A stretch of 64,000 nucleotides of DNA. Origin: Nemertoderma westbladi (Eukaryota; Animalia; Xenacoelomorpha). The notes under the pieces were generated by a model. The model was not told the DNA's origin, did not search any database, and saw only the letters and a program-made list of their open reading frames with translations. The stretch lies in the NCBI GenBank assembly GCA_032718475.1, contig JAUCBJ010001482.1, forward strand, positions 1 through 64,000, written 5' to 3'. Shown here one piece after another: positions 34,296-47,503 of this stretch; positions within the stretch are counted from its first letter, which is position 1, and each line of letters starts with the position of its first letter. The translations under genes were made by a program, and so were the position numbers.

Positions 34296-34656
34296 AGAAC
34301 ATTTTTTAAAAAGTAAGAAAATCTATAGTGAAAAATGTATTATTTAAAATTTTTCTAGAATATAATATATTATTAGTTCTAGAGAAATACAAATATTTTT
34401 AAATAAAATAGCTAACATGTTCTATACACTATTAGTATTAGTATTGTTCACAGAATTCTAGAATGTTACATATATATACAGACAGATGGTATAAAATTGT
34501 ATTCTACAGGTCCATGTATTTGTGTAGGCTTTCCAGAAATTTTGCTATTTTTGCGTCGCTCTACCTATAATGGTATTAATAAATTATATTATTAAAGGTT
34601 GAGAATTTTTTTTATCGAAGCTCCAACTATAGTATTGGTAAACACAAAATTTATCC

Positions 34657-36052
34657 GGAACAGGCGGGTCAAGTCCCACCTGTGACCATGTTTTGAAGGG
34701 GAACAGGTCGGTCAAGTTCCACCTGTTACCATGTTTTGAAGGGGAACAGGCGGGTCAAGTCCCACCTATGACCATATTTTGAAGGGGAACAGGCCGGTCA
34801 AGTCCCACCTGTTACCATGTGTTGAAGGGGAACAGTCGGTGCAAGTCCCACCTGTTACCATGTTTTGAAGGGGAACAGGCCGGTCAAGTCCCACCTGTTA
34901 CCATGTTTTGAAGGGGAACAGGTCGGTCAAGTCCCACCTCTGACCATGTTTTGAAGGGGAACAGGCCGGTCAAGTCCCACCTGTGACCATGTTTTGAAGG
35001 GGAACAGGCCGGTCAAGTCCCACCTGTTACCATGTTTTGAAGGGGAACAGGCGGGTCAAGTCCCACCTGTGACCATTTTTGAAGGGGAAAAGGCCGGTCA
35101 AGTCCCACCTGTTACCATGTGTTGAAGGGGAACAGTCGGTGCAAGTCCCACCTGTTACCATGTTTTGAAGGGGAACAGGCCGGTCAAGTCCCACCTGTTA
35201 CCATGTTTTGAAGGGGAACAGGTCGGTCAAGTCCCACCTCTGACCATGTTTTGAAGGGGAACAGGCCGGTCAAGTCCCACCTGTGACCATGTTTTGAAGG
35301 GGAACAGGCCGGTCAAGTCCCACCTGTTACCATGTTTTGAAGGGGAACAGGCGGGTCAAGTCCCACCTGTGACCATTTTTGAAGGGGAAAAGGCCGGTCA
35401 AGTCCCACCTGTTACCATGTGTTGAATGGGAACGCGGGTCAAGTCCCACCTGTTACCATGTGTTGAAGGGGAACAGTCGGTGCAAGTCCCACCTGTTACC
35501 ATGTTTTGAAGGGGAACAGGCCGGTCAAGTCCCACCTGTTACCATGTTTTGAAGGGGAACAGGTCGGTCAAGTCCCACCTCTGACCATGTTTTGAAGGGG
35601 AACAGGCCGGTCAAGTCCCACCTGTGACCATGTTTTGAAGGGGAACAGGCCGGTCAAGTCCCACCTGTTACCATGTTTTGAAGGGGAACAGGCGGGTCAA
35701 GTCCCACCTGTGACCATGTTTGAAGGGGAAAAGGCCGGTCAAGTCCCACCTGTTACCATGTGTTGAATGGGAACGCGGGTCAAGTCCCACCTGTTACCAT
35801 ATTTTGAAGGGGAACAGGCCGGTCAAGTCCCACCTGTTACAATGTGTTGAAGGGGCACAGTCGGTGCAAATCCCACCTGTTACCATGTTTTGAAGGGGTA
35901 CAGACGGGTAAGTCCCACCTGTTACCATGTTTTGAAGGGGTACAGACGGGATAAGTCCCACCTGTTACCATGTTTTGAAGGGGTACAGACGGGACAAGTC
36001 CCATCCTGTTATCATGTTTTTATGGGGTACAGGCGGGACATGTCCCACCATG
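34657..36052. repeat. 43-bp minisatellite, ~32 copies
   Basis: Unit GAAGGGGAACAGGCCGGTCAAGTCCCACCTGTTACCATGTTTT, with a higher-order ~300-bp periodicity of variants. Confidence 0.95.
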
Positions 36053-36446
36053 TAACTTAATTTCAATGCTACAGTACTTTCTCCCTGATACCATGGTGGT
36101 TACACATTTCATTGAGTTTCATAGAATTGATATTGATATTATTGTTTTATTGTATTCGTTGTATGGACAATATAACAATGTAACAAATAATTGTATTATT
36201 TGTTGTCTTTGTACAGTATACAAATGATGAACTGATGGCGGACTCCATGTAGACCCTACTGTAGTTTTGCTTTATACCTACCCTATACAATTAAATCTAT
36301 TATAAAATGTATCCAAATTAATATTTTTGCGCCTGCCTACCCTGATATTCCCTCGCCTACCCAACTAAAATATCCTGGCTACGGGCCTGGTCGTGGCTCG
36401 CCCCACATTCTGTAGAGCGTTACAAGCTGCTGGATTAACGTTTATA

Positions 36447-38190
36447 CAGTAACGCTTTCAAATAACGTCCTATTGGATCCTAATAGGAACCTAATAGGAA
36501 ATAAATAACCTTTAGGAAATCACTTGGAATTTGCCTAATGTAAGTCTACCTAGAGCGGCTAAATATCAAAGCTGTGAAGTGTCTGTCAATCAACCTTCTG
36601 GGATAGCTGAAAGTAGTAGAGAGAGCCGCTTTGTCTAGTGGTTGAGTTGTATTTCCGTTCCCTGACTTATCTAACAACAACAATACCCCCCCCCCCCCCC
36701 CCCCCCCCCCCATGCAGATAACACACTACTGGCTTTAACTTAACATCTGGACACATTAACTACCATACAGTAAAGGTATCGCCGCTTGTGTAAAATAGGC
36801 CGGCCAACATGTTGAGTGAGCCTCAACTAGTAGTTGGGGTGCTAAGGCGTAATCTGATTTTATTCGGACGTCAAACTTTTAATAATTTTATTTAAATTAT
36901 TGGGCGAACTTTTTAGATCTGGCGATTTTGCCATTTCCATGGTATAATAAATATAATTTATAATTAATATTAATATCATTATGCCAAGAGATTAAGTTTG
37001 TTACAAACCGCCACTAAACTCATAAGGGTCTGTTAATTCCTGTAGGATGTTATGTCATTTATGTTTCGTAGTGGTAGCGATACGGATTGTGACATGTTGC
37101 GGAATCTGCTTGGAGAGTGTAATGTGCTTTGTGGGTGTTATGTTTAAATGCGGAACTTGGTGTTTCAGTAAAATATAGCATTCAATATTACAGTTTATCT
37201 TCAATAGTACAGTTTATCTATGTCGGGAAGGGAGGGGGGGGGGGGGGGGGGGTTATAGTCCCTAGCCCGCCTTGGGGACTAATCAATGACTTACTATTGG
37301 CCGAACGGATATTTAACTACACAATGAGATACAGCGTGTTAGGCAGTAAGTGGGCTGCTAATAATTAATAGCCAATATTTATTTTTAAGACTATAATAAT
37401 TGAACACCCAATTATCTACCCCTGTACTCCTCTTACAGCAATCAGTGTTTGTATATAGTAAGTAGAATGTCAATGTGTATAGGAAATGAACATTTCCCGT
37501 GGATAACATACATTTATTTATTCGCCCAGTTTTAGCCCCTGTCTAATTATTAATTAAACTAATAAATGAAAATAAACTAATATTTATTCTATTAATAATT
37601 ACACTACAAACATTGTGTTTTACTCTTTATTACTCAAAATAGGTTCAATAGTAATAAATACAGTGTGTGATCCTACATTTATTTGTAAGTTCAATGCGAT
37701 TTTAAATTATTCCAGAGCCCACCGACCCACGGACGTTAACTATGTGCGGATGTGTGTGGATTTCATCTATTAGAGTTTATATTTTAAATATTATTTACCT
37801 CAGAGGGAGAGGCTGGCAATACAAGGTACAGTAGGATGAGTGTAATCTTCCATCGATATCCATAATACCTCAATGTAATGAACTGAACACTACGCAAACT
37901 TTAGGCTGAGTCTAGTCCATTCTATACAACTTAATGATTGACAGGATAGAGAAGAAGTAGACCAGCACAAGCAGTCTGAGTCAGTCCACCTTCCAGACAT
38001 CAAAGTAAGCGCCGATTTCCAAGTAAATTCCTAATGAAATCCAAGTCAAATCCTAAGTGCCTCCAAGTCTGGAATTTGGGCTAAATTTCACTTCCAATTA
38101 AATCCTAACTCCAATAGTAGTGAATCAGTGACTTGGATCCTAATAGGATCCTATTAGGATCCAATACGACGTTATTTGAAAGCGGTACTG
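36447..38190. mobile_element. Tc1/mariner (pogo-like) non-autonomous element
   Basis: TIRs CAGTAACGCTTTCAAATAACGTC.TATTGGATCCTAATAGGA and the near-perfect complement at 38145-38190. TA on both sides. Confidence 0.85.
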
Positions 38191-39247
38191 TATTACCAGC
38201 ATTTCTTACATACCTGATACCGGTACTCATATGTGATTCATCATTCTGTTCTTTACTTTCTATTTCAGTTTCAGCATTTATCTGTATCTGCCAAATTGCC
38301 AAAAATGCTATGCTGATATGTGATATGTGAACGTGCCTTGATGGCGCGACAGGCAGACCGGTACATACAGACAGCTATCACGCAATAGTATAGGCCTACC
38401 GTACCGGACCGGACCGGCTGACCGGTACCGGTTGTGTGAACGACTGCGGCGCGGCAGTCCAACCGCTTCTGTGGTTGCCTTACAGCCTTAGGCCTACCTT
38501 CTTCCCTGCTTCCAGCCTCCGTATTGACGTACACAGGTACAACGTACAGTCAGACAGTACCCGGTCTGCCGGTTGCCGGTATATAACAATTGTAGGCAAA
38601 CGGTCTGACCTGACGTAGCTGAGTCTTTCTTATTACTGTATTCTGTATTACTGTTTTGCTGTACTCGAAAGTACTGTACAGCTGTAGGCCTACTACTGCT
38701 GTACTGTACTACAGTACTAGTGCAGTAGTGTGACAACTGGACAACGGTAATTGGTTCCGCTGTACAATTTATTATTAAATGCTGATGCAGTGATGTTCAT
38801 TAAATGTTTCTATATCTGGTAGTCTGTCTGTTTATGACTTCTATCAGTCTATTGGCTACAGGGAGACAGGGCTGTTTATGGCTGTATGGGCATGCGAGAT
38901 CTAGCTGTCTAGCTCTACTGCCAGACTGCTTTCGCTTTGCAGCTTTGGGCACTGTATCTTTGCTATAGGCCTATGACTGTATGAGGCCTACAAATAATAG
39001 CTGTATAGCTTCAGAGTTTATGTAATTGGTAATGAATGAATATGCAGATATGCATGCGTAACGTTTGTTTAATTTCTATAGGTAGATAGGCCTAACTGCA
39101 GATACTGAGACTGACGTGTGACGTCTGGTGACTTGATTGGTAGGCTATACACACTGACACAATACGACGCGATTGCCAGACTGCCAGATTACAGGTGTTC
39201 CCATCCCACCGGAACCTAGCTGTATAGGGCAATTCTACTACTCTACG

Positions 39248-39396
39248 ATGGCGCAATCGGCTGTACCCTCCGAAGATGCGGATATAAACTCATTTTCTTT
39301 ATCTGTAAATGTGGAGCAGGTTATCGATAGAGTGGCCGTTGTTCGTATGTTATTCAATGGGCGAGTTTATCGCGGAGCTTTATTCGATTGTACCAA
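39248..39396 (+). CDS. PWWP2: PWWP2-like protein, coding exon 1
   Basis: VNVEQVIDRVAVVRMLFNGRVYRGALFDCTK resembles the remembered PWWP2A/B N-terminal motif (VTLDHIIEDALVVSFRFGEKLFSGVLMDLSK). Donor GTAGGT, phase 2. Confidence 0.8.
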
Positions 39397-39575
39397 GTAG
39401 GTTGTAATGCCACACGCTGTTTACAGGTTTAGTGTGTGTGTAGTTTGTTTACGTCAACGTCTCTAGGCGGCGCAGTTCGTTTACTATGTTTGTGTTGTTC
39501 TTGTTGTTAGCGTACTTATTTGTATTATATATTTATTACTTTCCGTTTCATCTTATTATTCCCATGTTATTCTAG

Positions 39576-39824
39576 AACTTCCATACCGCCTAGCTTCATG
39601 GATGGACTCCGACCGAAACAGCCTTCCCTAGCGGACCTGACGGCGCGAATAGAACCGGCTGGGCCGACGGGGGCCGAATGTCGGATTCCGGACGACTGGG
39701 ACAAGCAGGTATCGTCATTGCTCTTCCGGCAGTCCAACGTCAAGGATATCCCCGAGTCGTTGCTGCGTCAGCTGCTGATGAAGGAGGGTTGCAATAACGA
39801 GATGTCGGCTGTTAATCCAACTAG
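39576..39824 (+). CDS. PWWP2: PWWP2-like, coding exon 2
   Basis: Acceptor TTATTCTAG, donor GTGAGT. Phase 2/2, open frame, GC-rich. Confidence 0.8.
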
Positions 39825-39979
39825 GTGAGTTTGTTAGCTATAGATTACGGTGTTTGCTATTAATCAGCGTGAAATTGTGCTTAAAAAATAAAGCAAATGT
39901 TATGCTTGGCTACAACAACTGCTTCTGTAACTGTATTTAATGGTGTTACCGGTAATGTTAAAGATCCAGGTATTCTTAT

Positions 39980-42051
39980 ACAAGTCCCTAAAAGGTGCAA
40001 CCCTGCTCCATACCGCGGGGAATTCAAATGATTAAAGACATATAATTTGTTCTAGAAAGGGTGGCAGATCAGGGGCAGTATTCATAGCAGTTAGTATTAT
40101 TTACAGCTACTTAGTAACAGCTTTTAGTAAGAGCTGTAACTATGTTTAGTAAGAGCTATCTGTTACTAAAAACAACTGATTTTAGTAAGACCATTGACTT
40201 AACTTAGTTTCTACTAGCCCTTAAAAAATATCAGTATTCATAAACTGTTACTAAACTTAGTTCTAGCCCATTAGTACCAGTGCTGGTACTTTAACTTATG
40301 TTTATTAAAAAGCTTTCAGTTTCAACTTTAAGGTCGGTAGATATGCCCTGCATGTCTCTATGTTTACTGTTTTACTTGTACTGGTAGTCTACATTAAACC
40401 CATTAATTTTATTGGTCACTAAAACAATTCCTGTTTTCCAGTAAATTTTTTTCGTTATCAAATATATATTTCCTCCACTCAATTTAATTATCACTAAAAT
40501 ATATTTTTGAATCATCAAAAATAAATCTGTTACGGCCTGTTGTAATAAAATCCCTTCATTATTTAGGTTCGAATAACGTGGCACTGTAAGCTGCCCTTTC
40601 CCACATTTTAGCAATAATTTATAATTAATAGATTTTAGTGGAAACTTAATATTTTAGTGATTTCCTGTTAAAATTTTAGTGAAAAGTTTTCATTTTTAGT
40701 AAGGCGATAAATCAATTGGCTACCATTATCGAATACCAATATTTACAATCGGTAATAGAGAGGAAAATAATGAAGTGGGAACGTTACCGCTTTTTTATCT
40801 TGCGAAAGTTCGCGAATGGTAGAATTCTTTAGCGAAACACATTTTTCAACGGACGCGGACCGTTCGGGAGCAATCTCACCATTCAAGAATGTAAGCTGAA
40901 ATTTGGAAATTTAAGTCGGATATATGTTTAAAAAACAACAAGCTTTATGTCGTTACATTTGACAGTTTCTCTGCAACAACATATTTGCAATGAACACAGA
41001 ATGCTAGAAAAACAAGAGAGAGTATAATGTGGACAGAGTCGTCAGTGTGTCATGTATGAAGGCCAACATAGAATAATGTGCTGGCTAGCTGGCTGGCTTA
41101 ACCACTCAGCTTAGTTGTTCACGTGCTGCTCGAAGTCCCAGACTAGTTAACCAGTCAGCTTAGTTGTTCACGTGCTGCTCGAAGTCCCAGACTAGTTAAC
41201 CAGTCAGCTTAGTTGTTCACGTGCTGCTCGAAGTCCCAGACTAGTTAACCAGTCAGCTTAGTTGTTCACGTGCTGCTCGAAGTCCCAGACTAGTTAACCA
41301 GTCAGCTTAGTTGTTCACGTGCTGCTCGAAGCCCCAGACTAGTTAACCAGTCAGCTTAGTTGTTCACGTGCTCTCGAAGCCCCAGACTAGTTAACCAGTC
41401 AGCTTAGTTGTTCACGTGCTCTCGAAGCCCCAGACTAGTTAACCAGTCAGCTTAGTTGTTCACGTGCTGCTCGAAGTCCCAGACTAGTTAACCAGTCAGC
41501 TTAGTTGTTCACGTGCTGCTCGAAGTCCCAGACTAGTTAACCAGTCAGCTTAGTTGTTCACGTGCTGCTCGAAGTCCCAGACTAGTTAACCAGTCAGCTT
41601 AGTTGTTCACGTGCTGCTCGAAGTCCCAGACTAGTTAACCAGTCAGCTTAGTTGTTCACGTGCTGCTCGAAGTCCCAGACTAGTTAACCAGTCAGCTTAG
41701 TTGTTCACGTGCTGCTCGAAGCCCGAGACTAGTTAACCAGTCAGCTTAGTTGTTCACGTGCTGCTCGAAGTCCCTGAATAGTTAAAACAACAACAATAAC
41801 GGATGAGTGAGTTAAACCGATAAGAAACAATTTATTCTGATTCAATGAATTGATTACATTTAGTCTTACTGTCTTACTCTATTCATGTATTCAATGTTAA
41901 AACAGATTTGAATTTACCGCCAAAATATAGATAGCAGATCTGACCTGCCACCCTTTCCAGTACAAATTACATGTCTTTAATCATTTGAATTTCCCGCGCT
42001 ATGGACCACCTTTTAGGTGCTATGTGCATGTGGCACCTTTTAGTGACTTGT
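39980..42051. mobile_element. Mutator-like (MULE) non-autonomous element in PWWP2-like intron 2
   Basis: ~90-bp imperfect TIRs (ACAAGTC..AAAAGGTG..GAATTCAAATGATTAAAGACAT..AAAGGGTGGCAG). 10-bp TSD GTATTCTTAT at 39970-39979 and 42052-42061. Confidence 0.85.
41097..41785. repeat. 49-bp tandem repeat, ~14 copies, inside the MULE
   Basis: Unit CAGCTTAGTTGTTCACGTGCTGCTCGAAGTCCCAGACTAGTTAACCAGT. Confidence 0.95.
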
Positions 42052-42342
42052 GTATTCTTATAGTACCTTGGTTGCGGTTGGTGACTGGTGGTACCTTTTA
42101 CAACAGTGCAATAATAGTTTCAGTATGGCGATCTTTATAAACTTAGTCACATATATTAGTTTTTCCGAGGAAATAATTCTTCTTATATTTACCACCCCCC
42201 CCCCCCCCCCCCCCCCCCGCACAACACAGTTCTACATTTAACACAATTCATTAACACAAACACACTGGCTGTTATTATTAAGTATTTTAATTTAGTTCAA
42301 ATAATAATTTACCGAAACTCATTTATTTTGTTTACTTTGTAG

Positions 42343-42446
42343 AATAAGCGTGGCGAGGAATTCTATACGACTACGACCCCGTCGTTATATCTGCTCTAAA
42401 TGTAAAGCGGCCTCGTTCGCGCCCACCAACGTGTCTAAGGATTCCG
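42343..42446 (+). CDS. PWWP2: PWWP2-like, coding exon 3
   Basis: Acceptor TTTACTTTGTAG. IRLRPRRYICSKCK matches PWWP2 'IKLRPRQVLCDKCK'. Donor GTTAGT. PWWP-domain exons were not found in the window. Confidence 0.82.
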
Positions 42447-43658
42447 GTTAGTGTCCAAACGATATCCAGTCGTATCGACGATGTTTAATAGCCTAGAAGT
42501 TGTAGTTTCGATACCTTTTGAATTAATTGTTGTGTAAAATAATCCCCTTATTACTTTAAATGGTAATAAATTAAATACTGATAGTAAATACTGATCTTGG
42601 AAATCTTCCCTATAAGCTTGACTTGATCCATCCCGACACTAGTTCCGCACCCGCCGCAGCATTTAAATGAAATAGTGTTAAGTCAATAAATAATTATTTA
42701 GGAGTTCCAACTTAAAGTAATTTTTTGTAATTAACAGTTTTTAGTTATTAACAGAAACATTGAATTAAGATTAAAAACTATTTATTATATCGAAAACAAA
42801 TCTAAGCTTTATTTCCCCGCCCAGGATCACTCAGTGATGTTTAATGTGTTTTAGGGATGTCCCGGAATCGATATTTTGATTCCGGCCGGAACCGGAACCG
42901 GAATTCAACATGCCGGAATATTCCGGCCGGAACCGGAATACGTGAAATGGTGAAATTAGTGAAATACACTAAATGACCCAGGAAATTTTATAATTTTTTA
43001 TGAAACAAATGAATTTTTTTAATTTCTACAGTAAGTTTGTTAATGAGATGACTCAGAACCTTGGGGGGAATTAAGGTGGGTGGAGTGGAGAATGACCTGA
43101 GCTGTTTGTTACGGCCTATCGCGTCATTAGGTCCTTTGGTGCAATATCCTGGTGTCTTTAAGGGAAAGGAGCATGTTACAGTGGCATGTTATTCGAACCA
43201 AAACAATAAACGAGGCCAATAGTACATGTTACAGTTTAATTGTTGCTTGGAATAAATATATTTATGGTAAGAAATGGATTTGCTGTAAATAGAAATTAAA
43301 CTACTATATTATGCAGCACCTACGACGCAGGACTGAACTAACGACCACTCGCAGGACCTGTACGTATTGTAATAACGTTTATATTTATAATAGATTTAGG
43401 TTAGAGTAGTAATTGTAAATATTGTGTTAATCGTTAATCGAGTTTCATTGCTAACTAAGGTTGGCAATTTATTTAGCCTCCTGTAATTATCATATTATTT
43501 AATAATTAATGCAAAGTAAAATATTATAAATTCAATGTAAAATAATTTAAATTCAATGTAAAATATTGTAAGATCAATGTAAAATAATGTAAAATCAATC
43601 TGAAAACGCCATTTTATAAGCAAATTGTAATAAGCAAGTTGGAAAAACCACTATTTAA

Positions 43659-43995
43659 GGCCCGTGCTCCACTGGTAAGTCTTATGTAGTCTTAGTCAGA
43701 ATAAATTATGGAACACATTGGTTTCAATGGGAGCGTCTCCAATGGTAAATCGTAAGTTACGACCTATGAGTCGCAAGTGATTATGTCCCATGTTCCATCT
43801 TTTGACACATGACTCATGTGTTATATCCGCCAAGATGCCTGTGATTGGTTACTTTGGGTATAATAAATATGCAGTAAATGTGAGTCGCACCTTATTTTTT
43901 TTATCAAATGACTTATGACTTATGTTACCAATGGAGCCAGGAGCCATTCATTTTGACATTCTGACTAAGCGACTTACCAGTGGAGCACGGGGGCC
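43659..43995. mobile_element. PIF/Harbinger-type MITE nested in the hAT element
   Basis: TIR GGCCCGTGCTCCACTGGTAAGTC / GACTTACCAGTGGAGCACGGGGGCC. TSD TAA. Confidence 0.85.
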
Positions 43996-44244
43996 TAATG
44001 ATGCATTTCATAAAATATCTTCAGAACGACAAAGGGTTTAATTAGTTAATGTAAATTAAACCGGTTATGAATTGTATATGAATACTACAGTAGGTGGTGT
44101 AACAGATGGTAGTACCATTTTAGTTTGATTACCAGGTGAATTTTTTTTGGAAATGTGTTACATACCCATCAAGACTGCATTCACTTTAATAAACTAAACA
44201 GGGTGGCTGTGAATTTTCCCTCGTTACATAGGTTAGTTAGGTTC

Positions 44245-44395
44245 CACCTTGGTGTAGTGGTTGCATTGAATTCCAATCTATCTGGAGGTCGTGGGTTCGA
44301 TCCCTGCATGTGGGCCAAGGCAGTTTTCGATTCAGCACGAATGGTTTGAAGGGGCTAACCAGGGGGCATCTATGCCTTGCATCCAAATGTTAGCT
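44245..44395 (+). mobile_element. tRNA-derived SINE remnant
   Basis: Pol III A box TGGTGTAGTGG (~44250) and B box GGTTCGATCCC (~44295). No complete cloverleaf. Confidence 0.5.
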
Positions 44396-44937
44396 CTAAC
44401 GGTCGAAGAAAACTTTATTTCTATACTTTTTTACAAGTGTTGAAAAGTGTCTTAAACTAATTGGTAATATTGTGTAAAAAATATATAAATGTTGATAATA
44501 ATTTAGCAAACTAATTGCAGCTATTAAACTAGATATGAACCTTGTAATTCCGGTAAAATTCCGGCCGGAATTGACCCCATTCCGGCAATTCCGGCCAGAA
44601 CCGGAATCGGGCAAAAACCGCCGGAATTCCGGCCGGAACGGAATTCCGGGACATCCCTAATGTGTTTATTTCCCCGCTCAGACTCACCCAATGATGTATA
44701 ATAGGTTTATTTCCCCTCTCAGGCTCACCCACTGATGTATAATAGGTTTATTTTCTCGCTCAGACTTACCTAGTGATGTATAATAGGTTTATTGCCCCTC
44801 TCAGGCACACCCAGTGATGTTTAATAGGTTTATTTCCCCGCTCAGGCTCAATCAGTGATGTTTAATGTGTTTATTTCCCCTCTCAGGCTCACCCACTGAT
44901 GTATAAATAGGTTTATTCTCTCGCTCAGACTCACCTA

Positions 44938-45219
44938 CTACTAGGATCGCCATGCTGCATTGCAGCTGCATTTTCAAGAATGCTGTGCCGGCTTGTCAAC
45001 AAAATTGCACCGCCACAACTCCCTATCACCCATGACATTTGCTAGATCATCCGCATCTTTAAGGCCAGTGTCCTTTAAGATGCGTCTCAAGAAAGTCATG
45101 GGCTGTCCACCATGCTTATTCACTCCATGAGGCTGCCAAAGTACAAGATTATGCACTGGCTGGTCCTCACGGCGAAAGCAATGTCCTGCAAAGCGGAGGC
45201 GATTTTGTTCTAGTGTCAA
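44938..45219 (-). mobile_element. 5'-truncated RTE LINE (family B), copy 1
   Basis: RTE C-terminus RLRFAGHCFR..LVLWQP..DRELWR. (TAG)n tail. 15-bp TSD GCTCAGACTCACCTA. Confidence 0.9.
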
Positions 45220-46014
45220 GCTCAGACTCACCTAGTGATGTATAATAGGTTTATTTCCCCGCTCAGACTCACCTAGTGATGTATAATAGGTTTATTTCCC
45301 CGCTCAGAATCGCCTAGTGATGTATAATAGGTTTATTTCCCCGCCCAGGATCACTCAGTGATGTTTAATGTGTTTATTTTCCCGCTCAGGTTTACCCAGT
45401 GATGTATAATAGGTTTATTGCCCCTCTCAGGCTCACCTGGTGATGTATAATAGGTTTATTTCCCCGCCCAGGATCACTCAGTGATGTTTAATGTGTTTAT
45501 TTCCCCGCTCAGACTCACCCAATGACGTATAATAGGTTTATTTCCCCGCTCAGAATCGCCTAGTGATGTATAATAGGTTTATTTCCCCGCCCAGGATCAC
45601 TCAGTGATGTTTAATGTGTTTATTTTCCCGCTCAGGTTTACCCAGTGATATATAATAGGTTTATTGCCCCTCTCAGGCTCACCTAGTGATGTATAATAGG
45701 TTTATTTCCCCGCCCAGGATCACTCAGTGATGTTTAATGTGTTTATTTCCCCGCTCAGACTCACCCAATGACGTATAATAGGTTTATTTCCCCTCTCAGG
45801 CTCACCCACTGATGTATAATAGGTTTATTTTCTCGCTCAGACTTACCTAGTGATGTATAATAGGTTTATTGCCCCTCTCAGGCACACCCAGTGATGTTTA
45901 ATAGGTTTATTTCCCCGCTCAGGCTCAATCAGTGATGTTTAATGTGTTTATTTCCCCTCTCAGGCTCACCCACTGATGTATAAATAGGTTTATTCTCTCG
46001 CTCAGACTCACCTA

Positions 46015-46296
46015 CTACTAGGATCGCCATGCTGCATTGCAGCTGCATTTTCAAGAATGCTGTGCCGGCTTGTCAACAAAATTGCACCGCCACAACTCCC
46101 TATCACCCATGACATTTGCTAGATCATCCGCATCTTTAAGGCCAGTGTCCTTTAAGATGCGTCTCAAGAAAGTCATGGGCTGTCCACCATGCTTATTCAC
46201 TCCATGAGGCTGCCAAAGTACAAGATTATGCACTGGCTGGTCCTCACGGCGAAAGCAATGTCCTGCAAAGCGGAGGCGATTTTGTTCTAGTGTCAA
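46015..46296 (-). mobile_element. 5'-truncated RTE LINE (family B), copy 2 (product of a 1077-bp tandem duplication)
   Basis: Same sequence, truncation point and TSD as copy 1. Confidence 0.9.
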
Positions 46297-47503
46297 GCTC
46301 AGACTCACCTAGTGATGTATAATAGGTTTATTTCCCCGCTCAGACTCACCTAGTGATGTATAATAGGTTTATTTCCCCGCTCAGAATCGCCTAGTGATGT
46401 ATAATAGGTTTATTTCCCCGCCCAGGATCACTCAGTGATGTTTAATGTGTTTATTTTCCCGCTCAGGTTTACCCAGTGATGTATAATAGGTTTATTGCCC
46501 CTCTCAGGCTCACCTGGTGATGTATAATAGGTTTATTTCCCCGCCCAGGATCACTCAGTGATGTTTAATGTGTTTATTTCCCCGCTCAGACTCACCCATT
46601 GATGTATAATAGGTTTATTGCCCCTCTCAGGCTCACCCAGTGATGTTTAATAGGTTTATTTCCCCGCTCAGACTCACGTAGTGGTATATAATAGGTTTAT
46701 TTCCCCGCTCAGGCTCAATCAGTGATGTATAATAGGTTTATTTCCCCGCTCAGGCTCATCCAGTGATGTTTAATAGGTTTATTTCCCCTCTCAGGCTCAC
46801 CCACTGATGTATAAATAGGTTTATTTTCTCGCTCAGACTCACCTAGTGATGTATAATAGGTTTATTTCCCCGCTCAGACTCACCTAGTGATGTATAATAG
46901 GTTTATTTCCCCGCTCAGAATCACCTAGTGATGTATAATAGGTTTATTTCCCCGCTCAGGATCACTCAGTGATGTTTAATGTGTTTATTTTCCCGCTCAG
47001 GTTTACCCAGTGATGTATAATAGGTTTATTGCCCCTCTCAGGCTCACCTAGTGATGTATAATAGGTTTATTTCCCCGCCCAGGATCACTCAGTGATGTTT
47101 AATGTGTTTATTTTCCCGCTCAGGTTTACCCAGTGATGTATATTAGGTTTATTTCCCCGCTCAGGCTCATCCAGTGATGTTTAAAGGTTTTATTTCCCCT
47201 CTCAGGCTCACCTAGTGATGTATAAATAGGTCTATTTTCTCGCTCAGACTCACCTAGTGATGTATAATAGGTTTATTTCCCCTCTCAGGCTCACCCACTG
47301 ATGTATAAATAGGTCTATTTTCTCGCTCAGACTCACCTAGTGATGTATAATAGGTTTATTTCCCCGCTCAGACTCACCTAGTGATGTATAATAGGTTTAT
47401 TTCCCCGCTCAGAATCACCTAGTGATGTATAATAGGTTTATTTCCCCGCCCAGGATCACTCAGTGATGTTTAATGTGTTTATTTTCCCGCTCAGGCTCAC
47501 CTA

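Larger units (their letters stand above)
42852..44659. mobile_element. hAT-type non-autonomous element
   Basis: 17-bp perfect TIR TAGGGATGTCCCGGAAT. 8-bp TSD ATGTGTTT. CCGGAA subterminal repeats. Confidence 0.93.
42806..47503. repeat. ~41-bp satellite array interrupted by a hAT MITE and RTE insertions
   Basis: Unit GCTCAGACTCACCTAGTGATGTATAATAGGTTTATTTCCCC. One unit at 42806-42851, main array 44660-47503. Confidence 0.95.

Noticed and set aside
44245-44330. Functional tRNA gene
   Set aside because: A and B boxes are present but the acceptor and anticodon stems do not pair; treated as a SINE head.
34657-47503. Regular 41-49 bp arrays as CRISPR arrays
   Set aside because: Units are head-to-tail with no unique spacers, there are no cas genes, and the context is eukaryotic.
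44660-47503. Hammerhead ribozyme or C/D snoRNA array (TGATG motifs)
   Set aside because: No CTGANGA plus GAAA core with flanking stems, and no consistent box C/D pair.
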